From IMG/VR virus record IMGVR_UViG_3300008119_000006: DNA of 64,000 nucleotides. The stretch is one strand, 5' to 3'. This DNA comes from a virus. Positions 35,100 through 45,867 of this stretch are shown here, one piece after another. The notes under the pieces are model-generated. The model made no database searches. It was not told where the DNA came from and saw only the letters and a list, made by a program, of their open reading frames with translations. The translations under genes and the position numbers were made by a program. Each line of letters begins with the position of its first letter. Position 1 is the stretch's first letter.

Positions 35100-37637
35100 T
35101 TGAGCAACTTCTATACTAATGTACAAAGCTTCGGCAATAATATTCTTTATCGAGGCATTCAAAATGGTAAGGCGATAAGAGAGAGAATTGAATACTCTCC
35201 ATCGCTTTATATTCCATCTAAAAAAATCACCAAGTTTACCTCGTTAAACGGTGATTATCTTGACCAAAAAATCTTTGGCGATATTAGTGCAGCAAGAGAT
35301 TATGTTAAACAATTTGAAGGTGTGCCTGGTACACCAACAATCTATGGCCAAACTCGTTTTGAATATGCCTTTATTGCCGACCAACACAGCGGTATGGTCG
35401 ATTATGATTTTACTAAAGTTCAAATTGCCGTAATCGATATTGAGGTTGGTTCTGAGAATGGATTTCCTGACCCGTATCAAGCAAATGAACCTATCACCGC
35501 CATTTGTATTAAATTTCTAAATCAATCACCTTTTGTTTTCGGTTGTGGCGAATATGAAGTACAAGGTAATGAAGTATACATTCGTTGTAAAGATGAATAT
35601 AATCTCTGTAAGCAATTTATGGAGTTTTGGAAAGACAAATACCCCGATATCATTACTGGTTGGAATACAAAGTTCTTTGATATACCATATCTCATCAATC
35701 GATTCCGTAAAATTCTTGGCGAACCAGAGACCAAGAAACTATCTCCGTGGGGTTATATCTCTGAGCGGAATACTACAATCAATGGCCGGCAATTGACTGC
35801 CTATGGTTTACTTGGTGTCGAATCTCTCGATTATATTGAACTGTACAAATGGTATGCTCCTGGTGGAAAGTCACAAGAGTCCTATCGCCTCGATGCCATT
35901 GCTCAAGTTGAATTGGGTGAAGGCAAAATCTCCTATGATGAGTATGATAACCTACACTCACTCTATCGTTTGAACTATCAAAAATTTATTGAGTATAACA
36001 TTAAAGACGTTGAACTCATTATTAAACTTGAAGAAAAATTAAAGTTACTTGAATTAGGAGTAACTCTTGCATATGATACCAAGACAAACTTTGAGGACGT
36101 CTTTGCACAAACTCGTATGTGGGATTCATTGACTTATGCTTATCTCTTTGAGAAAGGTATTATTGTTCCACCACGAATCACCAAGAGTAAAGATTCGGCA
36201 TTTGAAGGTGCCTATGTTAAAGAGGTTCAAGTTGGTGCTCATGATTGGGTTGCTTCGTTTGACTTGAACTCTTTGTATCCGCATTTGATGATGCAATACA
36301 ATATCAGTCCTGAAACATTGATTGAACCAGAAAACTATACAGATGAGATGCGTGAGATTCTTTCTGGTGGTGTTGATGTGAATAAGTTGTTGGCCAAGAA
36401 AGTTGATTTATCTAAACTTGAAAATGCAACAATCACTCCTAACGGTCAATTCTTTCGTACAGACTTCCAAGGTTTCTTACCTAAGATGATGGAAGAAATG
36501 TATACTGACCGTAAGAAGTTTAAAAACTTAATGTTAAAAGCAAAACAGGAATATGAAAATGAAAAAGATTCAAACAAACTTTATGAAATCGAAAAACGAA
36601 TTGCTAAGTACAATAACATCCAGTTGGCCAAGAAAGTTTCCCTCAACTCAGCTTACGGCGCTTTGGGTTCTCAGTACTTTCGCTTTTACGATTTACGCAT
36701 GGCACTTGGTGTTACAACTGCTGGGCAATTAAGTATTCGTTGGATTGAAGCCAAGATAAACACTTGGATGAATAAAATTTTGGAGACCAAAAATGTTGAC
36801 TATGTTATTGCTTCTGATACTGATTCAATTTACCTACGAATGGGAGAATTGGTTAATAAATTTATTAAGGATACATCAGATAAACAAAAAGTAATTTTAC
36901 TCATGGATAAAATCTGTGAAGATAAGATGCAACCTTTTATCGATAATAGTTATGGTGAACTTGCAGAGTATGTTCATGCTTATCAACAAAAGATGGAGAT
37001 GAAACGAGAAGGTCTTTCCGACAAAGGTATTTGGACTGCCAAGAAACGATATATCCTTAATGTGTATAATAACGAAGGCGTACAATACAATGAACCACAA
37101 TTGAAGGTAATGGGTCTTGAGATGGTGAAGTCATCAACACCATCCGTTATTCGTGGCAAGATGTATGATTTGATTAAACTATTGGTAACTGGTACGGAAA
37201 ATGATGTACATAAATTTATTGCCGAGTTCAGAGAAGAATTTAAAAAGTTACCATCGGAAGATGTTTCCTTTCCCCGTGGCATCAACGGATTGGCTAAATA
37301 CTCCGATTCATTAAACATTTATAAACTTGGTACTCCTATTCATGTTAAGGGTGCCATACTGTATAACAACTTTCTAAAACAAAATAATCTTACCAAAAAA
37401 TATCCACTCATCCAAGAAGGCGAAAAAATTAAATTTGCCTATCTGAAGATGCCAAACCATTTTAAAGATACTGTCATTTCATTTCCTACAAGACTGCCAA
37501 AAGAGATGGGGCTTGACAACTACATTGATTATGATTTACAATTTGATAAGGCTTTCTTAGAGCCTATCAAAGTTATTTTAGATTGTATGAAATGGACAAC
37601 TGAAAAGGTAAGTTCACTCGAGGACTTTTTCTCATGA
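35100..37637 (+). CDS. gp43: family B DNA polymerase
   Basis: ExoI DIEV, ExoII GWNTKFFD, SFDLNSLYP, KVSLNSAYG, SDTDS; TTG start. Confidence 0.98.
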   Translation: MSNFYTNVQSFGNNILYRGIQNGKAIRERIEYSPSLYIPSKKITKFTSLNGDYLDQKIFGDISAARDYVKQFEGVPGTPTIYGQTRFEYAFIADQHSGMVDYDFTKVQIAVIDIEVGSENGFPDPYQANEPITAICIKFLNQSPFVFGCGEYEVQGNEVYIRCKDEYNLCKQFMEFWKDKYPDIITGWNTKFFDIPYLINRFRKILGEPETKKLSPWGYISERNTTINGRQLTAYGLLGVESLDYIELYKWYAPGGKSQESYRLDAIAQVELGEGKISYDEYDNLHSLYRLNYQKFIEYNIKDVELIIKLEEKLKLLELGVTLAYDTKTNFEDVFAQTRMWDSLTYAYLFEKGIIVPPRITKSKDSAFEGAYVKEVQVGAHDWVASFDLNSLYPHLMMQYNISPETLIEPENYTDEMREILSGGVDVNKLLAKKVDLSKLENATITPNGQFFRTDFQGFLPKMMEEMYTDRKKFKNLMLKAKQEYENEKDSNKLYEIEKRIAKYNNIQLAKKVSLNSAYGALGSQYFRFYDLRMALGVTTAGQLSIRWIEAKINTWMNKILETKNVDYVIASDTDSIYLRMGELVNKFIKDTSDKQKVILLMDKICEDKMQPFIDNSYGELAEYVHAYQQKMEMKREGLSDKGIWTAKKRYILNVYNNEGVQYNEPQLKVMGLEMVKSSTPSVIRGKMYDLIKLLVTGTENDVHKFIAEFREEFKKLPSEDVSFPRGINGLAKYSDSLNIYKLGTPIHVKGAILYNNFLKQNNLTKKYPLIQEGEKIKFAYLKMPNHFKDTVISFPTRLPKEMGLDNYIDYDLQFDKAFLEPIKVILDCMKWTTEKVSSLEDFFS

Positions 37638-38599
37638 TATTCTTAACACTATTATCAGCACTACTACTATCAGGTATTGCAGCCTATTATTCCATTATTG
37701 GTTTGGCTGCAATCTTTACTGGTGCATTTTGGCCAATCGTTTTTATGGGCTCGGTTTTAGAAATGAGCAAGTTGGTGACTACATCATGGTTGTATCGTAA
37801 TTGGAAAACCTGCCCACTTTTATTAAAATCATATTTGACATTTGCCGTTGTCATTCTGATGATTATCACCTCTATGGGTATTTTTGGTTACCTCTCAAAA
37901 GCACACATTGATTCTACCATGGACGCTGGTGCCAATTCAGTAGAAATAAGAACACTTAAACAACAAGAAAAGATTGCTAATGAACGATTAGAATATTTAC
38001 TGAAACGTGCAGGCAATCCCGAAACGGCAACGGCCAATGTTGATAGACAAATTCAACAAACACAAAAAGAACTATCGGACATTAATAAACGAAAATTACC
38101 ATTATTGAAAGAAGAAAATAAACTTGTGGCAGAAGTTGGCCCCATCAAATATATTGGTGACATGGTATATGGCACAGATGATGCCAATGCTATCGATAAA
38201 GCGGTTCGTTTGGTAATCATGTTAATTATGGTTGTATTTGACCCGTTAGCTGTGTTATTATTGATAGCAGCAAATATGTCTATGAGTAGAAGTTCAGTTG
38301 GTAAACCAATCGTTAAAGATGGTGAAATTGTTGGAGTAACTGCACAAGATATTCCTGTGTTTGTTCCTGAAAAAGAAAAACCAAAAGAAACAGATAAGGT
38401 TGAAATAGATAAACAAAATATTGTTCAAATTGAGGAGAATATTCCAGAACAAGAACCAATTATAATTGATGAGGCTTCTGGTGAAAGTATTCCTCCAATA
38501 TCAAAAAGCAAACGTGGATTTCCAAATCGGAAGTCTAAGATAGATAGTATGTATGTAGATGATGCTGAGTTGGCATTTCGTAAAAAGGAAAATAAATGA
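37634..38599 (+). CDS. membrane protein with coiled-coil domain
   Basis: Three N-terminal TM helices, SMGIFGYLSKAH, EVGPIKY, VFDPLAVLLLIAA. Confidence 0.75.
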   Translation: MIFLTLLSALLLSGIAAYYSIIGLAAIFTGAFWPIVFMGSVLEMSKLVTTSWLYRNWKTCPLLLKSYLTFAVVILMIITSMGIFGYLSKAHIDSTMDAGANSVEIRTLKQQEKIANERLEYLLKRAGNPETATANVDRQIQQTQKELSDINKRKLPLLKEENKLVAEVGPIKYIGDMVYGTDDANAIDKAVRLVIMLIMVVFDPLAVLLLIAANMSMSRSSVGKPIVKDGEIVGVTAQDIPVFVPEKEKPKETDKVEIDKQNIVQIEENIPEQEPIIIDEASGESIPPISKSKRGFPNRKSKIDSMYVDDAELAFRKKENK

Positions 38600-39672
38600 G
38601 TATACTTGACAAGATTAAAAAGAACAGCAGTATTAAAGATTCGGCTATTCTGTCCAAATCAAAGTTCTTTACTGATAAAGATATGATTCCCACTTCTGTG
38701 CCAATTATCAATGTGGCACTTTCTGGTCGTTTAGATGGCGGCTTAACTCCTGGTCTCACCATGTGGGCAGGTCCATCTAAACATTTTAAAACTGCCTTCT
38801 CATTGTTGATGGCAAAATCTTATTTGGACAAATATAAAGATGCGGCTCTTTTATTCTACGATAGTGAGTTTGGTACTCCTCAAAGTTATTTTGACAGCTT
38901 TGGCATCGATACTAATCGTGTCTTGCATACACCACTTACCGATATTGAGCAGCTTAAGTTCGACATTATGCAGCAACTTACACAGTTGGAGCGTGGCGAC
39001 AGATTAATTATTATTATTGATTCGATTGGCAATTTGGCATCAAAGAAAGAAGTGGAAGATGCCTTGGCAGAAAAATCTGTTGCTGATATGTCAAGAGCAA
39101 AACAAGTGAAGTCATTGTTTAGAATGGTGACACCACATCTATCACTCAAAGATATTCCAATGGTTGTAGTAAATCACACTTACATGGAAATTGGAATGTT
39201 CCCTAAAGCAATCGTTGGTGGCGGAACAGGTTCATATTATTCTGCCGATAATATCTTTATTATTGGTCGCCAACAAGAAAAAGAAGGTACTGAGGTTATC
39301 GGTTACAACTTTATCATCAATGTAGAAAAGAGTAGATATGTTAGAGAGAAATCTAAGATTCCTGTTACGGTTCGTCACGATGGTGGTATTAGTAGGTGGA
39401 GTGGGTTACTGGACATTGCATTGGACTCTGGCCATGTTGTTAAGCCATCTAATGGTTGGTACTCAAAAGTGGACGCAGATGGTGTTATAGAAGATAAAAA
39501 ATACCGTATCAAAGAAACTGATACGTCTGATTTTTGGTTACCAATTCTTAAACAAAAAACTTTTCAAGATTTTGTACAAAACACTTACCAGATTGCCTCA
39601 GGTAATATTATGCAAGATGATGTTACTCAAGCGTTTGATGTGGAGACCACGAACGGAGTAGAAGATGATTGA
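38596..39672 (+). CDS. uvsX: RecA-like recombinase UvsX
   Basis: AGPSKHFKT, FYDSEFG, IDSIGNLAS, VGGGTG, EKSRYV. Confidence 0.97.
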   Translation: MSILDKIKKNSSIKDSAILSKSKFFTDKDMIPTSVPIINVALSGRLDGGLTPGLTMWAGPSKHFKTAFSLLMAKSYLDKYKDAALLFYDSEFGTPQSYFDSFGIDTNRVLHTPLTDIEQLKFDIMQQLTQLERGDRLIIIIDSIGNLASKKEVEDALAEKSVADMSRAKQVKSLFRMVTPHLSLKDIPMVVVNHTYMEIGMFPKAIVGGGTGSYYSADNIFIIGRQQEKEGTEVIGYNFIINVEKSRYVREKSKIPVTVRHDGGISRWSGLLDIALDSGHVVKPSNGWYSKVDADGVIEDKKYRIKETDTSDFWLPILKQKTFQDFVQNTYQIASGNIMQDDVTQAFDVETTNGVEDD

Positions 39673-39985
39673 AGGCCTTGATTATTGTTTTATTTACCCT
39701 AAAGATGATGAATCTGCGGTACACATTCGTTTCTTAGACGGACCATACAAAGATACCGTTTTTAAATATGGTAAAGTAAAGTTTGATGAAAAAAATGACC
39801 AGGTCTATTTACTTTTTGCTTACGATGTGTTAGAATCCACAGTAGATAAGCCAAGAAAATTGGAAAAAGATGACAAGTTTAAAAATTACATTGGTGATTT
39901 ACTTGTAGAAATTATGAGCGGTAATATGGAACAGGATATAATTGATGAAGCTGGAACAAGCGATACTGAAGAACCTAGTTTGTAA
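39665..39985 (+). CDS. hypothetical protein at the T4 gp40 position
   Basis: Between uvsX and helicase; translationally coupled. Confidence 0.6.
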   Translation: MIEGLDYCFIYPKDDESAVHIRFLDGPYKDTVFKYGKVKFDEKNDQVYLLFAYDVLESTVDKPRKLEKDDKFKNYIGDLLVEIMSGNMEQDIIDEAGTSDTEEPSL

Positions 39986-41330
39986 TGAAGAATATTTAAG
40001 AAAAGTATTACCATTTTTAAAGCCAGACTATTTCTCGGACAGAACCGAGAGAACCTTATATAATGAAATTACATCATTCACGGAAACTTATAATCATTCG
40101 CCTACGACTGAAGCAATTAGTATTGCCATCAAAGAAAAGAGAAATCTTACGGATGATGAAGTTAAGGGATGTGAAACTTATCTCCAAGAAATTGAGAGTA
40201 ATATCAAACCAGAAGCCGAGATTCAATGGCTTGTTGATAAAACCGAAAAGTTCTGCCAGGAGAAAGCCATATACAACGCAGTATTGGGGTCCATTTCAAT
40301 TCTCGATGGTAAAGACAAAGTTCACGACAAAGGTTCGATTCCCAAGATATTATCGGATGCTTTAGCAGTAAGCTTTGATAACTCCGTTGGCCATGATTAC
40401 TTACAGGACTCAGATGCTCGATATGAATTCTATCACAGAAAAGAGGAACGAATTCCATTCGACCTCGATTACTTCAACAAAATTACCAAAGGTGGTTTAC
40501 CAGCTAAAACACTTAATATTGCTTTGGCGGGGACTGGTGTTGGTAAAAGCTTATTCATGTGTCATGTCGCTGCGGGCGCCATGGTTCAAGGCAAGAATGT
40601 ATTGTATATCACATTAGAGATGGCAGAAGAAAAGATTGCAGAACGAATTGATGCAAATTTACTCAATGTTACGCTCGATGATTTGATTGACCTTCCAAAA
40701 GATATGTATGATAAGAAGGTCGCCAAAGTCCGTGAAAAGACTTATGGTAAACTTATCATCAAAGAATATCCAACTGCATCGGCATCCACAACTCATTTTA
40801 GGACATTACTCAATGAACTTAATCTTAAACGTAGTTTTAAACCTGATATTATTTTTATTGATTATCTTAACATATGTTGCTCTTCTCGTATTAAAGCCGG
40901 TGCGAATATTAATTCCTATACCTATGTTAAATCGATTGCAGAAGAACTTAGAGGGCTTGCGGTTGAGTATAATGTTCCTATTGTTTCTGCCACGCAGACT
41001 ACTCGCTCAGGATTTACAAGTAGCGATCCAGGTCTTGAGGACACCAGCGAATCATTCGGACTCCCAGCCACCGCAGACTTAATGTTTGCTTTGATTACAA
41101 GTGAAGATTTAGAAGAACTCGGCCAAATCATGGTAAAACAATTGAAGAATCGATATAATGACCCAACATATTATAAACGATTTACAATTGGTGTCGATAG
41201 AGCTAAGATGAGATTGTATGATGTTGAACAATCTGCACAACAAGGTATTGCTGATGCCGGTAAAGCACCAATCGGTGCCTTTAATAAAATTCAACCACAA
41301 AAGAAATCGTTTGATGGATTTAAAGTATGA
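39945..41330 (+). CDS. gp41: replicative DnaB-like helicase
   Basis: AGTGVGKS, ITLEMAEE, IDYLNI, SATQTTR, SESFGLPATAD, QLKNRY. Confidence 0.97.
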   Translation: MKLEQAILKNLVCNEEYLRKVLPFLKPDYFSDRTERTLYNEITSFTETYNHSPTTEAISIAIKEKRNLTDDEVKGCETYLQEIESNIKPEAEIQWLVDKTEKFCQEKAIYNAVLGSISILDGKDKVHDKGSIPKILSDALAVSFDNSVGHDYLQDSDARYEFYHRKEERIPFDLDYFNKITKGGLPAKTLNIALAGTGVGKSLFMCHVAAGAMVQGKNVLYITLEMAEEKIAERIDANLLNVTLDDLIDLPKDMYDKKVAKVREKTYGKLIIKEYPTASASTTHFRTLLNELNLKRSFKPDIIFIDYLNICCSSRIKAGANINSYTYVKSIAEELRGLAVEYNVPIVSATQTTRSGFTSSDPGLEDTSESFGLPATADLMFALITSEDLEELGQIMVKQLKNRYNDPTYYKRFTIGVDRAKMRLYDVEQSAQQGIADAGKAPIGAFNKIQPQKKSFDGFKV

Positions 41331-41530
41331 TGGAAACTAGAACAAGGACTTTGGTTAAGACCATCATTTATAGGATTTGGGTCTTATGCTCAACCTATGT
41401 GATGTTATTGATAACAGGACAGAGTTTGACACAGGCTCTTGTTCCTACCATTATTATAAATTGTGTCTGGATGACATCGTATTATTTGTATGATAGACTT
41501 TGGACTCGTATTAAATGGGGTAGAGTATGA
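41327..41530 (+). CDS. small membrane protein (DUF2061-like)
   Basis: ETRTRTLVKTIIYR...YYLYDRLWTRIKWG. Confidence 0.7.
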   Translation: MMETRTRTLVKTIIYRIWVLCSTYVMLLITGQSLTQALVPTIIINCVWMTSYYLYDRLWTRIKWGRV

Positions 41531-42636
41531 TATTAGAAAGAGTTGATGCTCTCCATGTCGCAAAGGCATTCCATGATTACTTTAGTAATATTGGAAGTAC
41601 CGAAGAATATATGCGTGATGAAAAATTGAAATCGGTTGCCGAAATTCCAGCATCATTATTTCCACCAGAAGATGATTTGTTCTCCGATTTCACCATGCAC
41701 CCAAATGATATGGATATTGAGGTGTGTGAAATACCCAATACTCAATTCGAAACATTACTTGCCATTACCTCTTCTCATGTCAATAAAGCACCAGTTGGTA
41801 GAAACATACAATTGGCAGTTAAGGAGAAGAACTCAGGAAAGATTCTAGGATTCATTCGGTTGGGATCACCTGTCATCTATATGAAACCTAGAAATGAACT
41901 CTTAGGACAGGTCTGGATCCAACAGGAAGATACTGCCAAACGATTCAATGCTTCTACTATTATGGGTTTTGTAATTGTACCATCTCAACCATTTGGTTTT
42001 AATTACCTAGGTGGCAAACTTCTATCTGCCATTTGTACCAGTCATACAGTAAGAGAAATCTGTAATAAGAAATACGATATGAATGTTTGCCTATTTGAAA
42101 CTACCAGTTTGTATGGAAGTACCAAGTCTGTATCACAATATGATGGCATGAAACCTTATATTCGTTTTAGAGGTTTGACCGAATCAGATATCGTACCAAT
42201 GATGCACGGTGAACGATATACAGATTTGAAGGCATTTGTGGAAAGTAAAGTTGGAGATTTATTGGCGGGAGATACATCAAGTACCAGTAGAAAACTAAGA
42301 ACTTTTACCAAGATGATTGCCTTAACAAAAGCCGCTCTAAAGGGAACATCTGAAGGCGATGCTTTCAACCTAACGATTGAGAACGCCAAAAAGTTGACAG
42401 AGAAAAAAAGATATTATACATCTGATTATGGATTCAAAAATTCAGTTGATTACATGAACTGTAAAACCGATAAACTTTTACCTGGTGAAAATTATGCCAA
42501 ACATGAACTGGCCAATATCATTGAGTGGTGGCGGAGCAAAGCTATAAATAGATACGAAACCCTTAAAACTGAGGGTAGATTAAGAACAGAATTAGAAATC
42601 TGGACTTCAGGCAAAGACATTCAAATCATTAGGTGA
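41527..42636 (+). CDS. DUF4338/DruA-like protein (Mom-related GNAT-like fold inferred), paralog 2
   Basis: PVGRNI, GFIRLGSP, QPFGFNYLGGKLL, FETTSLYG, SQYDG shared with 24767..26026. Confidence 0.78.
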   Translation: MILERVDALHVAKAFHDYFSNIGSTEEYMRDEKLKSVAEIPASLFPPEDDLFSDFTMHPNDMDIEVCEIPNTQFETLLAITSSHVNKAPVGRNIQLAVKEKNSGKILGFIRLGSPVIYMKPRNELLGQVWIQQEDTAKRFNASTIMGFVIVPSQPFGFNYLGGKLLSAICTSHTVREICNKKYDMNVCLFETTSLYGSTKSVSQYDGMKPYIRFRGLTESDIVPMMHGERYTDLKAFVESKVGDLLAGDTSSTSRKLRTFTKMIALTKAALKGTSEGDAFNLTIENAKKLTEKKRYYTSDYGFKNSVDYMNCKTDKLLPGENYAKHELANIIEWWRSKAINRYETLKTEGRLRTELEIWTSGKDIQIIR

Positions 42637-42639
42637 ATC

Positions 42640-44054
42640 ATGGCTACAGGAAATACTACTGAAGTTAAATCAGAAAAAGGATCAATTTGGATTTTTGAAA
42701 GGGTGTTACAAGATGATGTGAATTATAAAAATTTAACACCCACAACTCAGTTTGTTGATAAAAAAACTCAAGATAAAATTATAAAGAGTTGGTCCGAATA
42801 TGATGAAGAACCTACGAAAAAAAAAGAGAATGATAAAATTAGAAGTGAAAATGAAATTTTAAAACAAAACGGTAAACAGCCAAAACCACTTAAAACAAGA
42901 AAATGGTCTACTTGGTTAAACATTCGTTTAGATAAAAAATATGCTGAATTGGCTGAAATTTGGGATCCTCAAAATAAACAAAAAGACCAATCAGTTGAAG
43001 GATATGATTGGTCTTCCGTGCCTTTAGATTGGCAAAAATCTTTTTATGCACAACAAGAAGCTATGCTAGAAAAATTTTCAGCCAGCAATTTTAAAGTTAT
43101 GAAATTTGGTCGTGCCGATGAACCTTTTGGTAAATTTATAGAAGGTTTAGTTAAACCATTAGGTATACAAAAGAAAGATACATGGAATCCAGCTGATATT
43201 TGGATTGTAGACAGATATAAAGAAAATAACAACTAAACAAAGTATTAAGGTCTTTGTATGCCAGCAAAACAATCATTGGCGTATCACTTAAATTAACTAA
43301 AGAAAAAGCGGATTATATTGATGTTAACGTGGTATTGAATGCTGCTGGGCTGGACGAAGCTGCAACAAATAAAAGATTTCAAGAAATAGAAGATTTATTA
43401 GGTGAAATAGATAATATACGTTGTGATTTATCAATACAACCTTTTTCAAAAATTTATACAACACCCAAAGCATATTTAGAAAAAACTACAAAGATGCAAA
43501 AGTTGTTAAAATTACCAACTTATCCTATAAATCCAATGTCTTTTGGTACACAAGAAACATCAATTCAAATTAAAGAAAGTGATGATAAAATTTATTTTTT
43601 AACCATCAAAGCTACACAAACAAGTGAATATTCAAATTTAAAATATGAACCTACAGAAAAAGGTAAAAGTTCTGCTAAGTTAGGTAAAGCTGGTGTTAAA
43701 CAAGTTGATGAGTTATTTAAAAAGTATGGAATAAAATTTGAGAATGATAATAGTAAATATCCAAAAGTGTATAATAGTGAAGTTGATACAATAGTAAACA
43801 CTTTTTCACAAAGAAAAAATACATCCGGAATATCTTTCATTACTGGAGAATCATCATCTTCTAATTTTTTAAAGAATATTAAAGAAGTTTATGCTTCCGA
43901 TCCTGTAACAGCTCAATCGAAACTAATGCAATTAAATTTATTCTCAGAAATTTTATCATTAAAAGATATTGAGGTTAGAAAACTTATGACAGATATTGTA
44001 TACATTGCTAAAAAAGAAGGAAAAAGTTATGGTCCTTTTGGAAAGGTATATTAA
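42640..44054 (+). pseudogene. frameshifted PD-(D/E)xK-like nuclease split into ORFs 42640-43236 and ~43230-44054
   Basis: WNPADIW at the end of ORF1; QLNKVLRSLYASKTIIGVSLK continues in another frame from 43230; ORF2 lacks an RBS/ATG start. Confidence 0.6.
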
Positions 44055-44332
44055 TGGCACTCATTGACTTTGACAAACTAGCATCACAATACGATGATGA
44101 TAATGACTTTGGATTCTCAGCTGTATCCGAAGAAGAATATAATTCAGTCATCAATAAGACCGCACAGACGGCTGACGATTATAAAGCACGATTGAAAGAA
44201 GTTGAAAAGATTATTATTCCTTTTCTTACCAAACTCCATTCTACTGGAGATAAAGAATACATATATTGGCCAAATCGTAAACCAATTATCGAAAAACAAA
44301 TTGAAAGAATATTAAAACTAACGAAAGATTAA
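44054..44332 (+). CDS. conserved hypothetical protein
   Basis: DFGFSAVSEEE...IIPFLTKL...YIYWPNR. Confidence 0.75.
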   Translation: MALIDFDKLASQYDDDNDFGFSAVSEEEYNSVINKTAQTADDYKARLKEVEKIIIPFLTKLHSTGDKEYIYWPNRKPIIEKQIERILKLTKD

Positions 44333-44334
44333 TT

Positions 44335-45048
44335 ATGACTGCAACCGTGATTATACCGACCACAGGTGTTCCTGAGGTTCGTGATGCTATCAATTCTGTA
44401 TTAAATCAAACTTATCTCACTACTTGTTATGTGGTCGTTGATGGTGAAGAAAATTATGACAAAGCCAAAGCAATTGTTGATGATTATACACACGATGAAC
44501 GCTTTCGTGTTTGTTATTTACCAATCAATGTTGGTGCCAAAGGATTCTATGGCCACCGTGTGTATGCCGCATTTACACATTTGGTAGATACTGATTATGT
44601 AATGTATCTTGACCAAGATAATTGGTTGACCAGCCGCCATGTTCAAAATTGTGTTGAAACTATTGAAAGAAGAAACCTTGATTGGTGTTATTCACTAAGA
44701 CAAGTACACAATAAAGCAGGAGATTTTGTTTGCTTTGATGATTGTGAATCACTAGGTAAATGGCAAACATATCATGGTACGAATCACATTGATACAAACT
44801 CCTATTGCCTAAAGACTGAAATTGCTGTAAAATTGGCCTCTGCGTGGCACGGTGGTTGGGGCCAAGATAGAGTATTTCTTGGTGTAGTAACACAACACTT
44901 TCCTAAGTGGGATTGTACAAATGAATATACTGTGCATTATCGCACAGATGGTGGTAAAGGTTCTGTAACAACAGATTTCTTTATTAATGGTAACGAAGTA
45001 ATGTTGAAAAAATATGATGGGAAATATCCATGGCGTCAAAGAACTTAA
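44335..45048 (+). CDS. glycosyltransferase family 2
   Basis: VIIPTTG, SVLNQTY, VVVDG, YLDQDN (DxD). Confidence 0.9.
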   Translation: MTATVIIPTTGVPEVRDAINSVLNQTYLTTCYVVVDGEENYDKAKAIVDDYTHDERFRVCYLPINVGAKGFYGHRVYAAFTHLVDTDYVMYLDQDNWLTSRHVQNCVETIERRNLDWCYSLRQVHNKAGDFVCFDDCESLGKWQTYHGTNHIDTNSYCLKTEIAVKLASAWHGGWGQDRVFLGVVTQHFPKWDCTNEYTVHYRTDGGKGSVTTDFFINGNEVMLKKYDGKYPWRQRT

Positions 45049-45866
45049 TCATTGGTGGTTTTACAAACTACGGAATCAGTCAATTAAAACCTTGGGTACT
45101 ATCAGCAAAAGTTCATGCTGGTGATAATGATGTTGTTTTGGTTTATGGTAACGCCTCTGATGAAACCTTAGATTGGTTGATTGAACAAGGTGTTGTTATT
45201 GTTCCTATGCTAGAGGTTCCGAATGTGCCAATCCATGTATTACGGTTTCTATCAATCTATGAATATCTCCACAGATATTGGCAAGATTATGAGTATGTGA
45301 TTACCACAGATGTCAAAGATGTTTACTTTCAAACTGACCCATTTAAATTTCTAGTTAATCGTAAATTGGTTATTGCTTCTGAAGGTTTGAAATATAAAGA
45401 TGAATCGTGGGGTAACGAAAATCTATTTCAAGCTTATGGTCCATATGTTTATGAACAATTTAAAGAAAATGAAATCTTTAATGTTGGAACATTCGGTGGC
45501 CAATCTGAATATGTAAAAGATATGGTGTTTCATATCTTCACTAACGGCATCAACCGACCAATTCCTATTTGTGACCAAGCCGTATTCAATGTGTTACTCA
45601 ATACACAACCATTCAAAGATATTGCATCAAAAACAATTCAATGGGCAGCTGAACTAGGCACTATTATGGATCCATCAAAGATTGATGGTTTTAGACCTAA
45701 TCTTCTTTTTGCTGAGCCCGTTTGGGAAAATGGTTTACTGAAAGATGTCACAGGACATATCTTCCCTATTGTACATCAGTATGATAGAGTACCAGAAATT
45801 AAAGCGTTTGTCCAAAAGAAATTTGGCCAAGAAGATGAATCACAGTACTTTATTTACAGGACATAA
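45030..45866 (+). CDS. GT-A glycosyltransferase-like protein
   Basis: TDVKDVYFQTDPF, NVGTFGG, DQAVFN, IVHQYDR. Confidence 0.8.
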   Translation: MASKNLIIGGFTNYGISQLKPWVLSAKVHAGDNDVVLVYGNASDETLDWLIEQGVVIVPMLEVPNVPIHVLRFLSIYEYLHRYWQDYEYVITTDVKDVYFQTDPFKFLVNRKLVIASEGLKYKDESWGNENLFQAYGPYVYEQFKENEIFNVGTFGGQSEYVKDMVFHIFTNGINRPIPICDQAVFNVLLNTQPFKDIASKTIQWAAELGTIMDPSKIDGFRPNLLFAEPVWENGLLKDVTGHIFPIVHQYDRVPEIKAFVQKKFGQEDESQYFIYRT

Positions 45867-45867
45867 T

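Noticed and set aside
24767-42636. Druantia anti-phage defence system
   Set aside because: Only DruA/DUF4338-like genes are present, 15 kb apart; no DruE helicase or other Dru genes in the window.
43219-43236. Programmed -1 ribosomal frameshift joining the two nuclease halves
   Set aside because: The shared open window is only a few bases (TAA at 43227 in the new frame), with no X XXY YYZ slippery heptamer there or obvious stimulatory hairpin; a deletion or assembly error is more likely.
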